39,688 nucleotides of DNA from a virus. A model generated the notes under the pieces. It saw only the letters and a list, made by a program, of their open reading frames with translations. It was not told the origin of the DNA and searched no databases. Positions 16,594-26,112 of the stretch are shown in pieces. The translations under genes were made by a program, and so were the position numbers. Within the stretch, counting starts at the first letter, position 1. The number at the start of each line of letters is the position of its first letter. The stretch lies in the IMG/VR virus record IMGVR_UViG_3300010939_000031. One strand, written 5' to 3'.

Positions 16594-17189
16594 TGAGCGG
16601 CACATATCCAGCAATACCGGGCGCGTCAACCATCACGATAGGCGACGCGCCGGGATCGGAAGCGCTTAAGTCGCTGTCTCAATCGGGCGTGACGTTTACG
16701 CGCTTCACGAACCGTCACAGATGGGCGATTAAAGCAACATATAATTATCTAACCGCAGATCAGGGGCGTGACCTGAAAGCCTTCGTGGACTCACAGCAGG
16801 GCGGTGATAAATTCCAGTTCGTTGCATCGCACATGACGCCGCGTGGGGTTGCAACAGGTACACCATTGGTTAATGGCGCAGGGCAGACCGGCTATAACCT
16901 TGTTACAGACGGGTGGACTGTCAGTGTCACAAACATCATGCGCAAGGATGATATTTTAAAAGTTGGTAATCATTCGCGGGTCTACAAGTTGGCGGCAGAT
17001 GCAAGCAGTAATGCTTCAGGCCAAGCCACGCTGGTGTTGACTACGCCATTACGCACGGCGACAACCGATAACGACATCATTACCGTTCGCGATGTACCGT
17101 TTACAGTAGTTTTCTCCACTGTTCCAGAATTTTCCGTTCATGCACCTCATTACTACGCTATAGATATTAGCATGATAGAGGAATTTTAA
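16593..17189 (+). CDS. Distal tail protein (putative)
   Basis: First gene after the tape measure, ATGA overlap, beta-rich, 198 aa. Confidence 0.55.
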   Translation: MSGTYPAIPGASTITIGDAPGSEALKSLSQSGVTFTRFTNRHRWAIKATYNYLTADQGRDLKAFVDSQQGGDKFQFVASHMTPRGVATGTPLVNGAGQTGYNLVTDGWTVSVTNIMRKDDILKVGNHSRVYKLAADASSNASGQATLVLTTPLRTATTDNDIITVRDVPFTVVFSTVPEFSVHAPHYYAIDISMIEEF

Positions 17190-17749
17190 TGCCTGCCCGT
17201 GGGATGACTGCGGCAGCGATTGCGGCGAGTGCCAGCCAGCAGCAGCGCATCGTCTATTTTGTCGAATTATATTTTTCCACTATCGAACGCGCGACCACAT
17301 GGGGCAGGAGCATAACGTGGGGCGGCAACACCTATATGGCCGGGGGTAATCTGCTTACCCTACCCGACATTGAAGAGTCAGTTGAGATTCAATCCAGTAG
17401 CGCCAGCGTCGTTCTAAGCGGCGTCAACCAAGCAAATATAGCCATTGCACTTACTGAGAATTTCATCGACAAGCGCATGGTTATAATGCGGGGGTTTATC
17501 GGCACCAACGACCAACTTATTATTGATCCGGTAATACAGTTCGATGGCCGCATTGACGGCTGGTCATTGTCCGAGGATGTTGACAATGGAACTTCGACCA
17601 TCACATGGGTGGCGGCGTCCCACTGGGTTGATTTTGAACGTACCGCAGGCCGCGCGACGAACGACAAAGAGCATCAAGTTTTATTCCCCGGCGATAAGTT
17701 TTTTGAGTTTTCCGGCGAGACTGTTGATATTAAATGGGGCGCGGTCTGA
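17189..17749 (+). CDS. Minor tail / baseplate-hub-associated protein (putative)
   Basis: Second gene after the tape measure, with ..VYFVELYFS......W..S.TWGGNTY.A.G.L. Assigned by position. Confidence 0.5.
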   Translation: MPARGMTAAAIAASASQQQRIVYFVELYFSTIERATTWGRSITWGGNTYMAGGNLLTLPDIEESVEIQSSSASVVLSGVNQANIAIALTENFIDKRMVIMRGFIGTNDQLIIDPVIQFDGRIDGWSLSEDVDNGTSTITWVAASHWVDFERTAGRATNDKEHQVLFPGDKFFEFSGETVDIKWGAV

Positions 17750-20469
17750 TGGGGTGGTTTAAAGACACGTTTTTAGATGACTTCCTTGGGTTTGATGATA
17801 GCGGCGGCCTCACGAGCGTTTTTGACGGCACGTCCATCGAGAAAAATTGGCTTAAACCGATTAATGACTTTTTCAACCCGCCTATACCCGAAAATCCGGG
17901 CGGCCAGCAAGACGTAAACCGCAGCATCCTTGCGACAACGTCAGGCGGCACTCAAGACATCCCCGTGGTTTATGGCAATCGGCGAGTAGGGTCGAAGCGC
18001 GTATTTCACGGCGTTTCCGGCACATCCAATGAGTTTTATTGGCGCGTCATGGTGCTGTGCGAAGGGCAGATCAGCGCAATACCTAACGTGTATCTTGACG
18101 GTGTTATTTCTACAGATGCAAAGTTCGGCTCCACTGTCACCATTGAAAAATATTTAGGGACAGACACACAGGCCGCAAGCGCGGCGCTGGTGGCCGCGTT
18201 TCCGGGGCGCTGGACAACCGCGCACCAGGGTAAGGGGCTTGCTTATATTGTTGTGCGGCTCACTTTCGATCCGGCGATTTACAACAGCGTGCCGGAGATT
18301 ACCGCCGACATAATGGGGAAGCTGGTATACGATCCACGATCCGCGCTTACCGCTTACAGCCCTAACCCTGCTCTATGTATTCGTGACTATCTCACAAACA
18401 CCAGATATGGCAAAGGGCTTGCATCCGTGCCGGACGCCGAAATTATAACGGCGGCAAATGTTTGTGATAGTCAAATACAATCATATTCCGGCGGCGCCAA
18501 TATCAATATGTTTGAGTGCCACGCTGTTGTTTCTACGGCACAGACGATCAAGCAAAACATTGATCAGCTTCTTTCGTCTTGCCGGGGAATGCTGCCGTTC
18601 ACCGGGGGAAGTTACAAGCTAATCATCGAGCGCGACGAGGCCAGCGTGATGAATCTCAACGCCGACAACCTTATCGGCGGCTGGTCGATTAACGGCGGCT
18701 CGAAACGCTCCCGCCTGAACCGCGCCAAGGCAAGGTTTATCAATCCATCGAAAAAATGGGAAGAGGATTTTGCCGTAACGGATTCTCCCGCGTTTCGCAC
18801 GCTTGATAATAATTTATTGTTGGAAAATGATTTTTCATTCCCCTTTGAAACAAACTACTACCGCGCTTTGTACCATGCAGAAGTCGCGCTGAAAAGATCA
18901 CGTCAAGGGTTGACCGTAGGCGTGCTCGCATCGCCGGAAGCGTTCAAAATCGAAATCGGGAATATCGTAGATATTACCCATTCAACGCCGGGGTGGACGG
19001 GTAAAAAGTTCCGGGTGACAAATATAAGTTTGCTGGTTAATGGCCTGTTCGGCCTGTCTTTAATGGAGCATGAACCAACAGTATATGACCGAAACGTTCC
19101 CGTTGAGGCACCTACCCCGTCTGACACTAACCTGCCAGACCCGCGAGTGGTTGCCGAGCCGACAATAATTAACGCATACAGCGGCGAATCAGAAATAATT
19201 TACGGTCAAGACGGCTCGTTAATCTCCGTGATCCGCGTCGTGGTGCCGGTATCGCCTAGCCTTTACGTAGTCGGTACCGAGGTTGATTATAAACTATCGT
19301 CAGAAACGCTATGGAAGCCCGCAGGGTACATCGGACAGAGAACGGAGACAACAACTAAAATATCTCCCGTTGTTGATTCAGCGCTTTATGATATTCGCGC
19401 CCGTTATATTAATGCAATGGGGTTTTATAGCCCTTACTACACGCTCACATCACACCAAGTTGTTGGTAAGACCACGCCGCCCCCGCCCGTCACAAACTTT
19501 TTCACCGACCGCCAGCCAGACGGTACGCGCACAAGTAAGTGGGATTACTTAACCCCGCCTGTTGACTTGGATGGTTTTTTGATCCGCTACCAACTCGGGA
19601 CAAATCAGACATGGGCAACCATGACGCCGCTCCACACGGGGAGCCTTAAAACATCGCCGTATGAGTTTAACCAGCTTGCGGCGGGGACGTACACCATCGC
19701 CATTAAAGCGGTTGACACGTCGGGCAATGAATCAAGTGCTGTTTATTCCAACGTGACATTGGGCGATCCGCGATTAGCGGGGATTATCACTGACAGATAC
19801 CCGCGCAATGAGGGGTGGCCGGGAATAAAAACATCCTGTTGGATAGACAACACAGGGTCACTTATAGCTAACAACACATCCACATGGGGCACTGGCCCTA
19901 CAACGTGGACGGCGTTTAATAAGTGGGCGATGTCTCCCGTTACTCCGATCGTCTACGAGCACACAGTAATCGACCTTGGAAACGCTGTTCCATTTACGCC
20001 GCTCATTACCGTCACCGGAACAGGAACGCAAACCATTACAGTGGCGACTAGCTTGGACAACGTGACCTATACAGCGTTCGCCGCACCAGCCACAGTTACA
20101 GCAAGATATGTAAAAGTCAAAATTGAAATGTCTGGCACTGGCACATTGATAATTGACAGCATGATTATTTATATATCAGGACAGGTAAAAGATGAATACA
20201 TCGAAAACGCTAACGTAACTGTCACCGGCGATAGAATAAATTATTTAGACGTCGGCGATTTCCGCGTGCTGCCTGTAAAAAGTTACGCCGTCATCAACTA
20301 TGCCAATCTTGCCTTCCAAAACCTCACCCCTGTAGCTAATGAAAACTGGCAGTGGACTGTCGTGGAAAAAAATATAACGACTGGCGTTCGATTTAATGTA
20401 ACGAAAAATGGGGCGCTTGCAAACCTTCCGGGGACTGCACGCTGTGATTTTTATATAAAAGGCCTTTAG
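17734..20469 (+). CDS. Host-specificity / central tail-fibre protein (lambda J-like, with an FN3-like region)
   Basis: 911 aa. VVYGNRRVGSKRVFHGVSG..NEFYWRVMVLCEGQISAI.NVYLDG is the J/Phage-tail_3 signature. The more likely start is ATG 17749 (TGATG overlap). Confidence 0.8.
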   Translation: MGRGLMGWFKDTFLDDFLGFDDSGGLTSVFDGTSIEKNWLKPINDFFNPPIPENPGGQQDVNRSILATTSGGTQDIPVVYGNRRVGSKRVFHGVSGTSNEFYWRVMVLCEGQISAIPNVYLDGVISTDAKFGSTVTIEKYLGTDTQAASAALVAAFPGRWTTAHQGKGLAYIVVRLTFDPAIYNSVPEITADIMGKLVYDPRSALTAYSPNPALCIRDYLTNTRYGKGLASVPDAEIITAANVCDSQIQSYSGGANINMFECHAVVSTAQTIKQNIDQLLSSCRGMLPFTGGSYKLIIERDEASVMNLNADNLIGGWSINGGSKRSRLNRAKARFINPSKKWEEDFAVTDSPAFRTLDNNLLLENDFSFPFETNYYRALYHAEVALKRSRQGLTVGVLASPEAFKIEIGNIVDITHSTPGWTGKKFRVTNISLLVNGLFGLSLMEHEPTVYDRNVPVEAPTPSDTNLPDPRVVAEPTIINAYSGESEIIYGQDGSLISVIRVVVPVSPSLYVVGTEVDYKLSSETLWKPAGYIGQRTETTTKISPVVDSALYDIRARYINAMGFYSPYYTLTSHQVVGKTTPPPPVTNFFTDRQPDGTRTSKWDYLTPPVDLDGFLIRYQLGTNQTWATMTPLHTGSLKTSPYEFNQLAAGTYTIAIKAVDTSGNESSAVYSNVTLGDPRLAGIITDRYPRNEGWPGIKTSCWIDNTGSLIANNTSTWGTGPTTWTAFNKWAMSPVTPIVYEHTVIDLGNAVPFTPLITVTGTGTQTITVATSLDNVTYTAFAAPATVTARYVKVKIEMSGTGTLIIDSMIIYISGQVKDEYIENANVTVTGDRINYLDVGDFRVLPVKSYAVINYANLAFQNLTPVANENWQWTVVEKNITTGVRFNVTKNGALANLPGTARCDFYIKGL

Positions 20470-20488
20470 CCTACTGAGGATTGTAATA

Positions 20489-22063
20489 ATGCCGTTACCA
20501 GTTGACAACCTGACCACGCTACACCTCGACGCTGCAACAGACGATCCAAGCCAAGCGCGGGTTGAGATTTTTAATGCCGTAAATAAAATCAAGGAAATTA
20601 TCGCCGTACTTGATGACGGCGCAGGCAGTGGAATAAATGCCGATCTTCTTGACGGCATTAACTCGGTGTCATTTGCGCGAAAAGATTTAGCCGCCGAAAC
20701 ATTTGCTGGTGATTTAAAATTAGGTGGCGGTTCTGTTGCGGCATGGCCTGCCACATGGAGCGTTGTCGATGTTGGTGATTTCTCATCTATCGCCTCAAGC
20801 CCGTCAGGCGTTACCTACGTTTCTCATAATGCATATTATGACGGTACAGACTGGATTGCCAAAACCGCAGGCGCGGCCTCAAGATTACAGTTTGAGGCTG
20901 ACGGGACAGACGCATTTTATACAGCGGAAAGTGTCGCTGCTGGCGCAATACTGAACTTTAAGCTATCGAGAAAATCCACTGACGTGATAAGCGTGAAATC
21001 TTTCGGGGCCGTAGGTGATAACGTCGCCGATGACACCGCCGCTATACAGGCGGCTCTTAACGCAAAATCCGGGGTTTTATTGCCGAAAGGGATCTACAAG
21101 GTAACGGCTGCGCTCCGGTTTAATGATAATAACTTCTTAATTGGCGAAGGGCGTGGCAGTGAGATAAGGGCTACCCATAACGGCGCGGTCATTAGAGGGA
21201 AGGACGTCACAACAGCCGCAACAACAAACGTTCGCCGGTTTCATGGAGGCGGCAGGGATTTCACAATCAGGGGGCCTGGAACCGCCAGCGCCGCCAGCAT
21301 TGCGCTGGATATGCGGGGGTGCACGATGTTCAAGTGGTTCAACGTCTACATCACTGCGGTGCAGACCGCCGTAGTACAGGGCTATGGATACAGTACATAT
21401 TACAATGAATATTATGGTGTGGACGCAAGCACTGTTGTTTACGGCTACGATAACAGCACGCTCGGAAATGAAAACCTTGTTTCGGGTGGTAGGGTGAATG
21501 ACTGTACGACCGGGACAAGGGACGCCGACAACAGCCATAATAAATATATCGGCCTAGCGATTGAAGCTTTTACTGGCACAGCGCACCAAACTATATCTCC
21601 TGCCACGCAGCAAATGCAATACCTATGCTCACGAATCGAAAACGGAGCTGCCGCCGGGACAGGGTTTGGTATTGACGCAACATCCCAAGACACCCAAATT
21701 ATGTTCCCTCAAATAATTAATATGGCGACGGATATAAGTAACGCCGGGGTAAGAACAAATATTATCGCTTCTGAAAACTGGACGATTGCAAGCGGTACAC
21801 GAATAAAGTACCACCAGAAAGTTACGGTAAATATTGATTTCCCATCCATCGCCGCACAATCGACGAACGATCAATCCGTAGCGATAACCGGGGCGCTGTC
21901 AACTGACTCGGTTTTCGTCACGATAAACCAGACATTGGCTGACGGGTTAATGTTAATGGCATACCCTGCCGCTGGTGCCGTAATCGTTAGGATGGCTAAC
22001 GTGACGTCGGCGGCCATCGACCAGGTGAATTCTACATTCACTATTGACATCTGGAGGCATTAG
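20489..22063 (+). CDS. Tail fibre/tailspike with a pectate-lyase-fold (depolymerase-like) domain
   Basis: VISVKSFGAVGDNVADDTAAIQAALNA..GVLLPKGIYKV is the Pectate_lyase_3 N-cap motif. The N-terminus has a conserved fibre-anchor pattern (LD..TDDP.QAR.E...AVNKI). Confidence 0.8.
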   Translation: MPLPVDNLTTLHLDAATDDPSQARVEIFNAVNKIKEIIAVLDDGAGSGINADLLDGINSVSFARKDLAAETFAGDLKLGGGSVAAWPATWSVVDVGDFSSIASSPSGVTYVSHNAYYDGTDWIAKTAGAASRLQFEADGTDAFYTAESVAAGAILNFKLSRKSTDVISVKSFGAVGDNVADDTAAIQAALNAKSGVLLPKGIYKVTAALRFNDNNFLIGEGRGSEIRATHNGAVIRGKDVTTAATTNVRRFHGGGRDFTIRGPGTASAASIALDMRGCTMFKWFNVYITAVQTAVVQGYGYSTYYNEYYGVDASTVVYGYDNSTLGNENLVSGGRVNDCTTGTRDADNSHNKYIGLAIEAFTGTAHQTISPATQQMQYLCSRIENGAAAGTGFGIDATSQDTQIMFPQIINMATDISNAGVRTNIIASENWTIASGTRIKYHQKVTVNIDFPSIAAQSTNDQSVAITGALSTDSVFVTINQTLADGLMLMAYPAAGAVIVRMANVTSAAIDQVNSTFTIDIWRH

Positions 22064-22065
22064 CA

Positions 22066-22341
22066 ATGACCCCAGAAGATATTGAAAAAATTGCCGACGT
22101 GCTGATCGAGAAAATACACGAAAAGAAACACACTTTTTGGGTTGACCCCGAATCTCATTATCTCGACCACAAGGCAATGAAGGAACATTCATTCACCCAC
22201 GCCGATGAGGCCGATTTGCGACAATTGATCGGGATGTTCCAGACGGCGCGTGGATTGTTTTTTAAATCGTTTGTGGGTCTCGCCATTATTGGCGCGGTCG
22301 CCTTGGCCGGGTATGGCGCGTTTAAGGAGCTAATCAAATGA
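22066..22341 (+). CDS. Hypothetical protein with a C-terminal transmembrane segment
   Basis: The segment FFKSFVGLAIIGAVALAGYGAF is hydrophobic. Function unknown (holin or anchor). Confidence 0.45.
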   Translation: MTPEDIEKIADVLIEKIHEKKHTFWVDPESHYLDHKAMKEHSFTHADEADLRQLIGMFQTARGLFFKSFVGLAIIGAVALAGYGAFKELIK

Positions 22342-22391
22342 CAGTCAACGATGAAGCTGAATATTACAGCATAAAAATCGGGTAAACACGA

Positions 22392-22568
22392 ATGACAATC
22401 GACGACAGAATGTCAATGATGGATCAGATAGCGGTTGCCGACATTGGCGAACTGCGGCAGATCATTTCAAGGTTGGAGCGTATGGAACAATCCCCTGATG
22501 TTGCCGACCTGATAGATACGGCAGAAGAAAATATCGAAGCGCTGGCCGGGCTTTACGGGGATTATTGA
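22392..22568 (+). CDS. Small hypothetical protein (58 aa)
   Basis: Own translation: MTIDDRMSMMDQIAVADIGELRQIISRLERMEQSPDVADLIDTAEENIEALAGLYGDY*. The stop overlaps the next start. Confidence 0.35.
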   Translation: MTIDDRMSMMDQIAVADIGELRQIISRLERMEQSPDVADLIDTAEENIEALAGLYGDY

Positions 22569-22894
22569 TGCCCGTCGATTATGTCCCAGAAACAGCCTCA
22601 CTGTACTTCTACAGTAAAGGTGAGGGGCTGGGCGACCCGTGCATCGGGATAATTTCGGTAAAGCATTCCGAGACTAACGTTATTTTGTCAGGGGCACACG
22701 GAAAAATAAACCGGGCGGACATGAGGGAGATGATGGCCTTGTTGCGCGGAAAAGGAGTAAAGAATTTGTATTTTTATCGCAATGACAGGCACATCGCCCC
22801 GCTCGCGACGATAGTGGAAGCGGGGCCATTCACTGGATATTACGAGATAAAAATGTCGGAATTTAGCAAAAGATTCGGGGACGCGGCGAAGTAA
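22565..22894 (+). CDS. Hypothetical protein
   Basis: 109-aa ORF; no motif recognised. Confidence 0.5.
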   Translation: MMPVDYVPETASLYFYSKGEGLGDPCIGIISVKHSETNVILSGAHGKINRADMREMMALLRGKGVKNLYFYRNDRHIAPLATIVEAGPFTGYYEIKMSEFSKRFGDAAK

Positions 22895-23007
22895 ACGCAT
22901 GATTGTTGGCTCTATCGACGCGCCGCTGGTAAGGGCATGCCTTATGCCGTGCCGATAATCGACGGGCCTATGGCGGGGTATTACATGATTGATACGGAAC
23001 AGTTTAA

Positions 23008-23550
23008 ATGACCTCGTTCAACTCCCCGCATGTACGCCGCAAATCCGACAGCACCGATTTAATTGAGTTTAAACGCGCAATATCCATCATTACAGAAAAA
23101 ATTTTATCGTCAACCGACGAAGAGCTTAAGCATATTTTATCAATTCAAAACGACTTATTAAAACTGACGTTGACGCGTATGCACGAAAAGGGGCGGGGTA
23201 AAATTATGGAAACATTGCGAGAAAAACAATCCAGGTTTGCCGTAATGGTGGCAAAACTTATCTCACAGGCATCGGCGCTTGGGTACGAGGTTACGCTAGG
23301 GGACGCTTACCGCGATCCAAGATTGCATGGGGCGATAGGTGAGAAAAAAGGGTATGGACATTCAAAGTCGGCACACAAGAACAGGCTGGCGATAGATTTA
23401 AACCTATTCAAGGATGGTGAATTTCTGGGGGACACGGAATCACATAAACCCCTTGGGGAGTGGTGGGAAGCGCAAGCGCCGGAATGTCGATGGGGTGGCC
23501 GCTTCAAGGACGGCAATCATTACAGTTTTGAGCACGATGGAATCAAGTAG
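23008..23550 (+). CDS. Endolysin, peptidase M15 (VanY / L-Ala-D-Glu peptidase-like)
   Basis: SAHKNRLAIDL (H-x6-D) and DGNHYSFEH zinc ligand motifs. An internal ATG at 23206 with RBS GGGGCGGGG would give a 114-aa catalytic-only form. Confidence 0.8.
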   Translation: MTSFNSPHVRRKSDSTDLIEFKRAISIITEKILSSTDEELKHILSIQNDLLKLTLTRMHEKGRGKIMETLREKQSRFAVMVAKLISQASALGYEVTLGDAYRDPRLHGAIGEKKGYGHSKSAHKNRLAIDLNLFKDGEFLGDTESHKPLGEWWEAQAPECRWGGRFKDGNHYSFEHDGIK

Positions 23551-23577
23551 ATTTAAACCAACAAGAGGAGATATAGC

Positions 23578-23763
23578 ATGGGAAATCAAACAAGCGTTAC
23601 CGTGGGTGCATTGGCTGGATCACTCGCATCATTGATGTGGTGGATTATAAGTGAAACCACCACCATAACCGCGCCTGAGGCTATCGTTGCCGCAAGCGTT
23701 GTGCTGTTTAGTGCGGCACTGCAATACCTGTTACCAATCGGCGGCACCAAGCCCAAGGAGTAA
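23578..23763 (+). CDS. Holin-like small membrane protein (two TM segments)
   Basis: 61 aa with a GGAG RBS. Two hydrophobic stretches and a charged C-terminus (KPKE). Adjacent to the endolysin. Confidence 0.5.
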   Translation: MGNQTSVTVGALAGSLASLMWWIISETTTITAPEAIVAASVVLFSAALQYLLPIGGTKPKE

Positions 23764-23766
23764 ACA

Positions 23767-24114
23767 ATGAGAAATATCCAATTTAATTGGCTGCTGGCGC
23801 TGGTGGCCTTAATGTTATCGGCCTGTGCAGTTATGCCGCCAGCCGACACCCTCAACAAACGTGCGGCTGTTTTTGAGATTGGCTACAGCGAAGTATTGAG
23901 TACGGCAATTTTATACGACAACGAAGGCCGCTTGACGGCTGACGATAAAATAAAACTTAACGGTGTATTTGATCAGGTCGACGCGGCACGCATGGCCTTT
24001 AGGACGGCGTTAATAATTGGTGACAAAGCCAAGTTTGACTCCGGTATTTCAGCGGCGCTTATGGGACTAGAGGCAGCCAGGGCTATCCTAATCGACAAAC
24101 AGAGGGTGAAATAA
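23767..24114 (+). CDS. Lipoprotein (lipobox L-S-A-C), spanin-like or exclusion-type
   Basis: MRNIQFNWLLALVALMLSAC signal peptide and lipobox. There is no C-terminal TM, so it does not fit a T1 gp11-type unimolecular spanin, which has an N-terminal lipobox plus a C-terminal TM segment. Confidence 0.6.
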   Translation: MRNIQFNWLLALVALMLSACAVMPPADTLNKRAAVFEIGYSEVLSTAILYDNEGRLTADDKIKLNGVFDQVDAARMAFRTALIIGDKAKFDSGISAALMGLEAARAILIDKQRVK

Positions 24115-24287
24115 TGGGTGCGGGAACGCTGTTAGCGATTGATTTAATAAACACACTCTTAAAGGCCGCTATAAGGGCTTCCGATCTGCTGCAAAAAGCA
24201 CAGACCGAAGGACGTGATGTAACCGATGAGGAAGTGACGGCGTTAATGGCCGAGACTGACGCGCTAAGAAAACGGTTTGGTGTATGA
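24114..24287 (+). CDS. Small helical hypothetical protein (57 aa)
   Basis: Own translation: MGAGTLLAIDLINTLLKAAIRASDLLQKAQTEGRDVTDEEVTALMAETDALRKRFGV*. TAATG overlap with the previous gene. Confidence 0.35.
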   Translation: MGAGTLLAIDLINTLLKAAIRASDLLQKAQTEGRDVTDEEVTALMAETDALRKRFGV

Positions 24288-24320
24288 GCTAAGATCAATC
24301 AATTGATTATAGAATCGCCG

Positions 24321-24418
24321 TGGACATTTTTATGGACATTTCCGGCTATATAATCAACATTTATTTCTATAGCATTATGTTTTAATTGGAATTTCATATT
24401 ATTATTAGCTGGACATTT
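24321..24418. repeat. Three copies of TGGACATTT in the AT-rich attP arm (candidate Int/Xis/IHF arm sites)
   Basis: Copies at 24321-24329, 24333-24341 and 24410-24418. Confidence 0.5.
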
Positions 24419-24584
24419 TGGTGCGCACCCATCGCCACCACTCTAGCGAAAAAAACCGCACAAACCCATTATGCCGCATAATTTCCAGCCGCATATCGGC
24501 CACATCTTTCAGCGGCGGGAGCGGGGCTTTATTGGCGGCGGCGGCGAGTATCGCGAAAGATTTTATTATGTTGTCGGTTTTCAT
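24405..24584 (-). CDS. Possible small ORF (59 aa), function unknown
   Basis: Own translation: MKTDNIIKSFAILAAAANKAPLPPLKDVADMRLEIMRHNGFVRFFSLEWWRWVRTKMSS*. GC-rich island inside an AT-rich region. No clear RBS. Confidence 0.25.
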   Translation of the reverse strand: MKTDNIIKSFAILAAAANKAPLPPLKDVADMRLEIMRHNGFVRFFSLEWWRWVRTKMSS

Positions 24585-24673
24585 TTCTGTGCCACGTTTT
24601 TTGCCACGGTGAGTGCAATTGTATCAAAAAGTCGTCTCAAAAAAAGCGTCTAATACTTGCCTAATCTACATCC

Positions 24674-24822
24674 TAAGTTATTGATTATATTGACCGTCAA
24701 AAAAATGGATATTAGACAAATAACCACTTAAGTTATTGATATTTATCATTTGTAAATGAGACTGTTAATCACTGGGTCGGCGGTTCGAGTCCGTCCCGGG
24801 GAGCCATATAATCAATAACTTA
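24674..24822. repeat. attP region: 12-mer TAAGTTATTGAT, two direct copies and one inverted copy, flanking the tRNA-derived core
   Basis: Direct copies at 24674-24685 and 24729-24740. Inverted copy (atcaataactta) at 24811-24822. Confidence 0.6.
24762..24806 (+). other. attP core = 3' half of a tRNA-Asn(GUU) gene (anticodon loop to CCA); not a complete tRNA
   Basis: CTGTTAA-TCACT-GGGTC-GGCGG-TTCGAGT-CCGTC-CCGGGGA-G-CCA parses as anticodon loop (GTT), 3' anticodon stem, variable loop, T-arm, 3' acceptor strand and CCA. No matching 5' acceptor (TCCCCGG) or D-arm lies upstream. Confidence 0.75.
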
Positions 24823-24873
24823 GCTGATTTTGGCCCTGTTATTTTTTGATCATTTTATTGGATATCCAATACT

Positions 24874-25842
24874 TTAGCGTTTAATAGGGGTCACTTTGAC
24901 GGGTGCACGCTTGTAATGCCGCTCTAAAGTGGCCGCATTTTTGTGGCCTAAAAGCTTATCGTCGGTTGATTCGGAACCGGCTTTTGCCCTTAGGTCATGA
25001 AACGTGAACCGCTCGGTAATTAGACCATCTTTCATCGCCTGTACCATTCTCCTCTGCCACATGGTGCGGAATCCATCGCTTGTGTAGTGTTGGCCTTCGC
25101 GGTTATAGATCAATGCCAGTGTGGATATTTTGGTGGGTAAGCTACGGCACCGGGCAATGGTTGCGGCAAGATCGGGGGTACGATCAAACAATAGTACGCG
25201 ACCTGTTTTGCCGGTTTTAACCAATAAACCCGCCTCCGTCCAGTCGCCCAACCGTAATTTTATTATGTCGGCCTGCCTAAGCCCGGTTGTAACCGCGATA
25301 TCCATCGCGCATTGGATCGGTTCGGGCATGATATTGTAAATAGCTGTGTAATCCGCATCGCTCACATACCGGGTACGGGGGTTTTCCGTGTTACGGGTGA
25401 CTAATCGGCAGGGGTTGCGCTCGGTCATGCCCCATCGTATGCAGTGCTGAAAAACATCGGAAAATGTGCCTTTGATTTCCCGATTCGCGCTAACAGCGGG
25501 GCGCTTATCCATGTAGGCATAAATATGTGGAGGGGTAACTTCATCGGGGCGCATTTCGCCGAATACGGCGCGTAGGAAGCCCAGGGCGCGTAAATAACCT
25601 TGCTGTGTGGCTCGGCCTTTAGTTGGCAAGATTTCGCGGGTGTAGCGGTCTATGGCGTGGCCTAGCGTGGTGACAGGGGAGGGCATAGCGTTTAGCTTTG
25701 CGTACTCGACCATCGCGGCGGGAAATTCCTTACCCAGTCCGTGCCATTTCCCTGCGCGATCTACGAAATAATAGGCCCCACGCCGTTGATACACCCGCTC
25801 GGGCAGGTCTTTTCTTGTTTTCCTTGTTCGTCCCATGTGCAT
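24874..25842 (-). CDS. int: Tyrosine integrase
   Basis: C-terminal HDLRAKAGSE...LLGH......ERHY (R-H-R-Y catalytic pattern). Adjacent to attP. Confidence 0.9.
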   Translation of the reverse strand: MHMGRTRKTRKDLPERVYQRRGAYYFVDRAGKWHGLGKEFPAAMVEYAKLNAMPSPVTTLGHAIDRYTREILPTKGRATQQGYLRALGFLRAVFGEMRPDEVTPPHIYAYMDKRPAVSANREIKGTFSDVFQHCIRWGMTERNPCRLVTRNTENPRTRYVSDADYTAIYNIMPEPIQCAMDIAVTTGLRQADIIKLRLGDWTEAGLLVKTGKTGRVLLFDRTPDLAATIARCRSLPTKISTLALIYNREGQHYTSDGFRTMWQRRMVQAMKDGLITERFTFHDLRAKAGSESTDDKLLGHKNAATLERHYKRAPVKVTPIKR

Positions 25843-25851
25843 ATAATGCTG

Positions 25852-26064
25852 TTACCTACGTAATTGGTCAAGCGCGGAAAAGTTCGGCTCACGCGCACGC
25901 GGGGCTTTAATGCGCGTTTCTACGTCTGATCTTAGTACACGCGGGTGCCCATCGGCGGCGATAAAGAACCGCAGGCCATAAGATTTTAATTGCCGAATCT
26001 GGCAGCTAGGCTTTCGATAACCCGTTAATGTCCACACTTCTTCGCTGCTTAACGTGATAGTCAT
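25852..26064 (-). CDS. DUF4224-like protein (excision/recombination-directionality candidate)
   Basis: L..EE...LTGY.KPS.QIR.L...G..F...ADG.PRVLRS.VE matches the DUF4224 pattern I recall. Immediately upstream of int. Confidence 0.6.
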   Translation of the reverse strand: MTITLSSEEVWTLTGYRKPSCQIRQLKSYGLRFFIAADGHPRVLRSDVETRIKAPRAREPNFSALDQLRR

Positions 26065-26112
26065 TTGTGTGCCTTCTGGTGTCTCATAAAATTTTAGGTA
26101 TTTTATTGGGGT

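Noticed and set aside
24762-24806. A functional tRNA gene
   Set aside because: Only the 3' half is present (anticodon loop onward). No complementary 5' acceptor strand or D-arm lies upstream. It is interpreted as the attP core.
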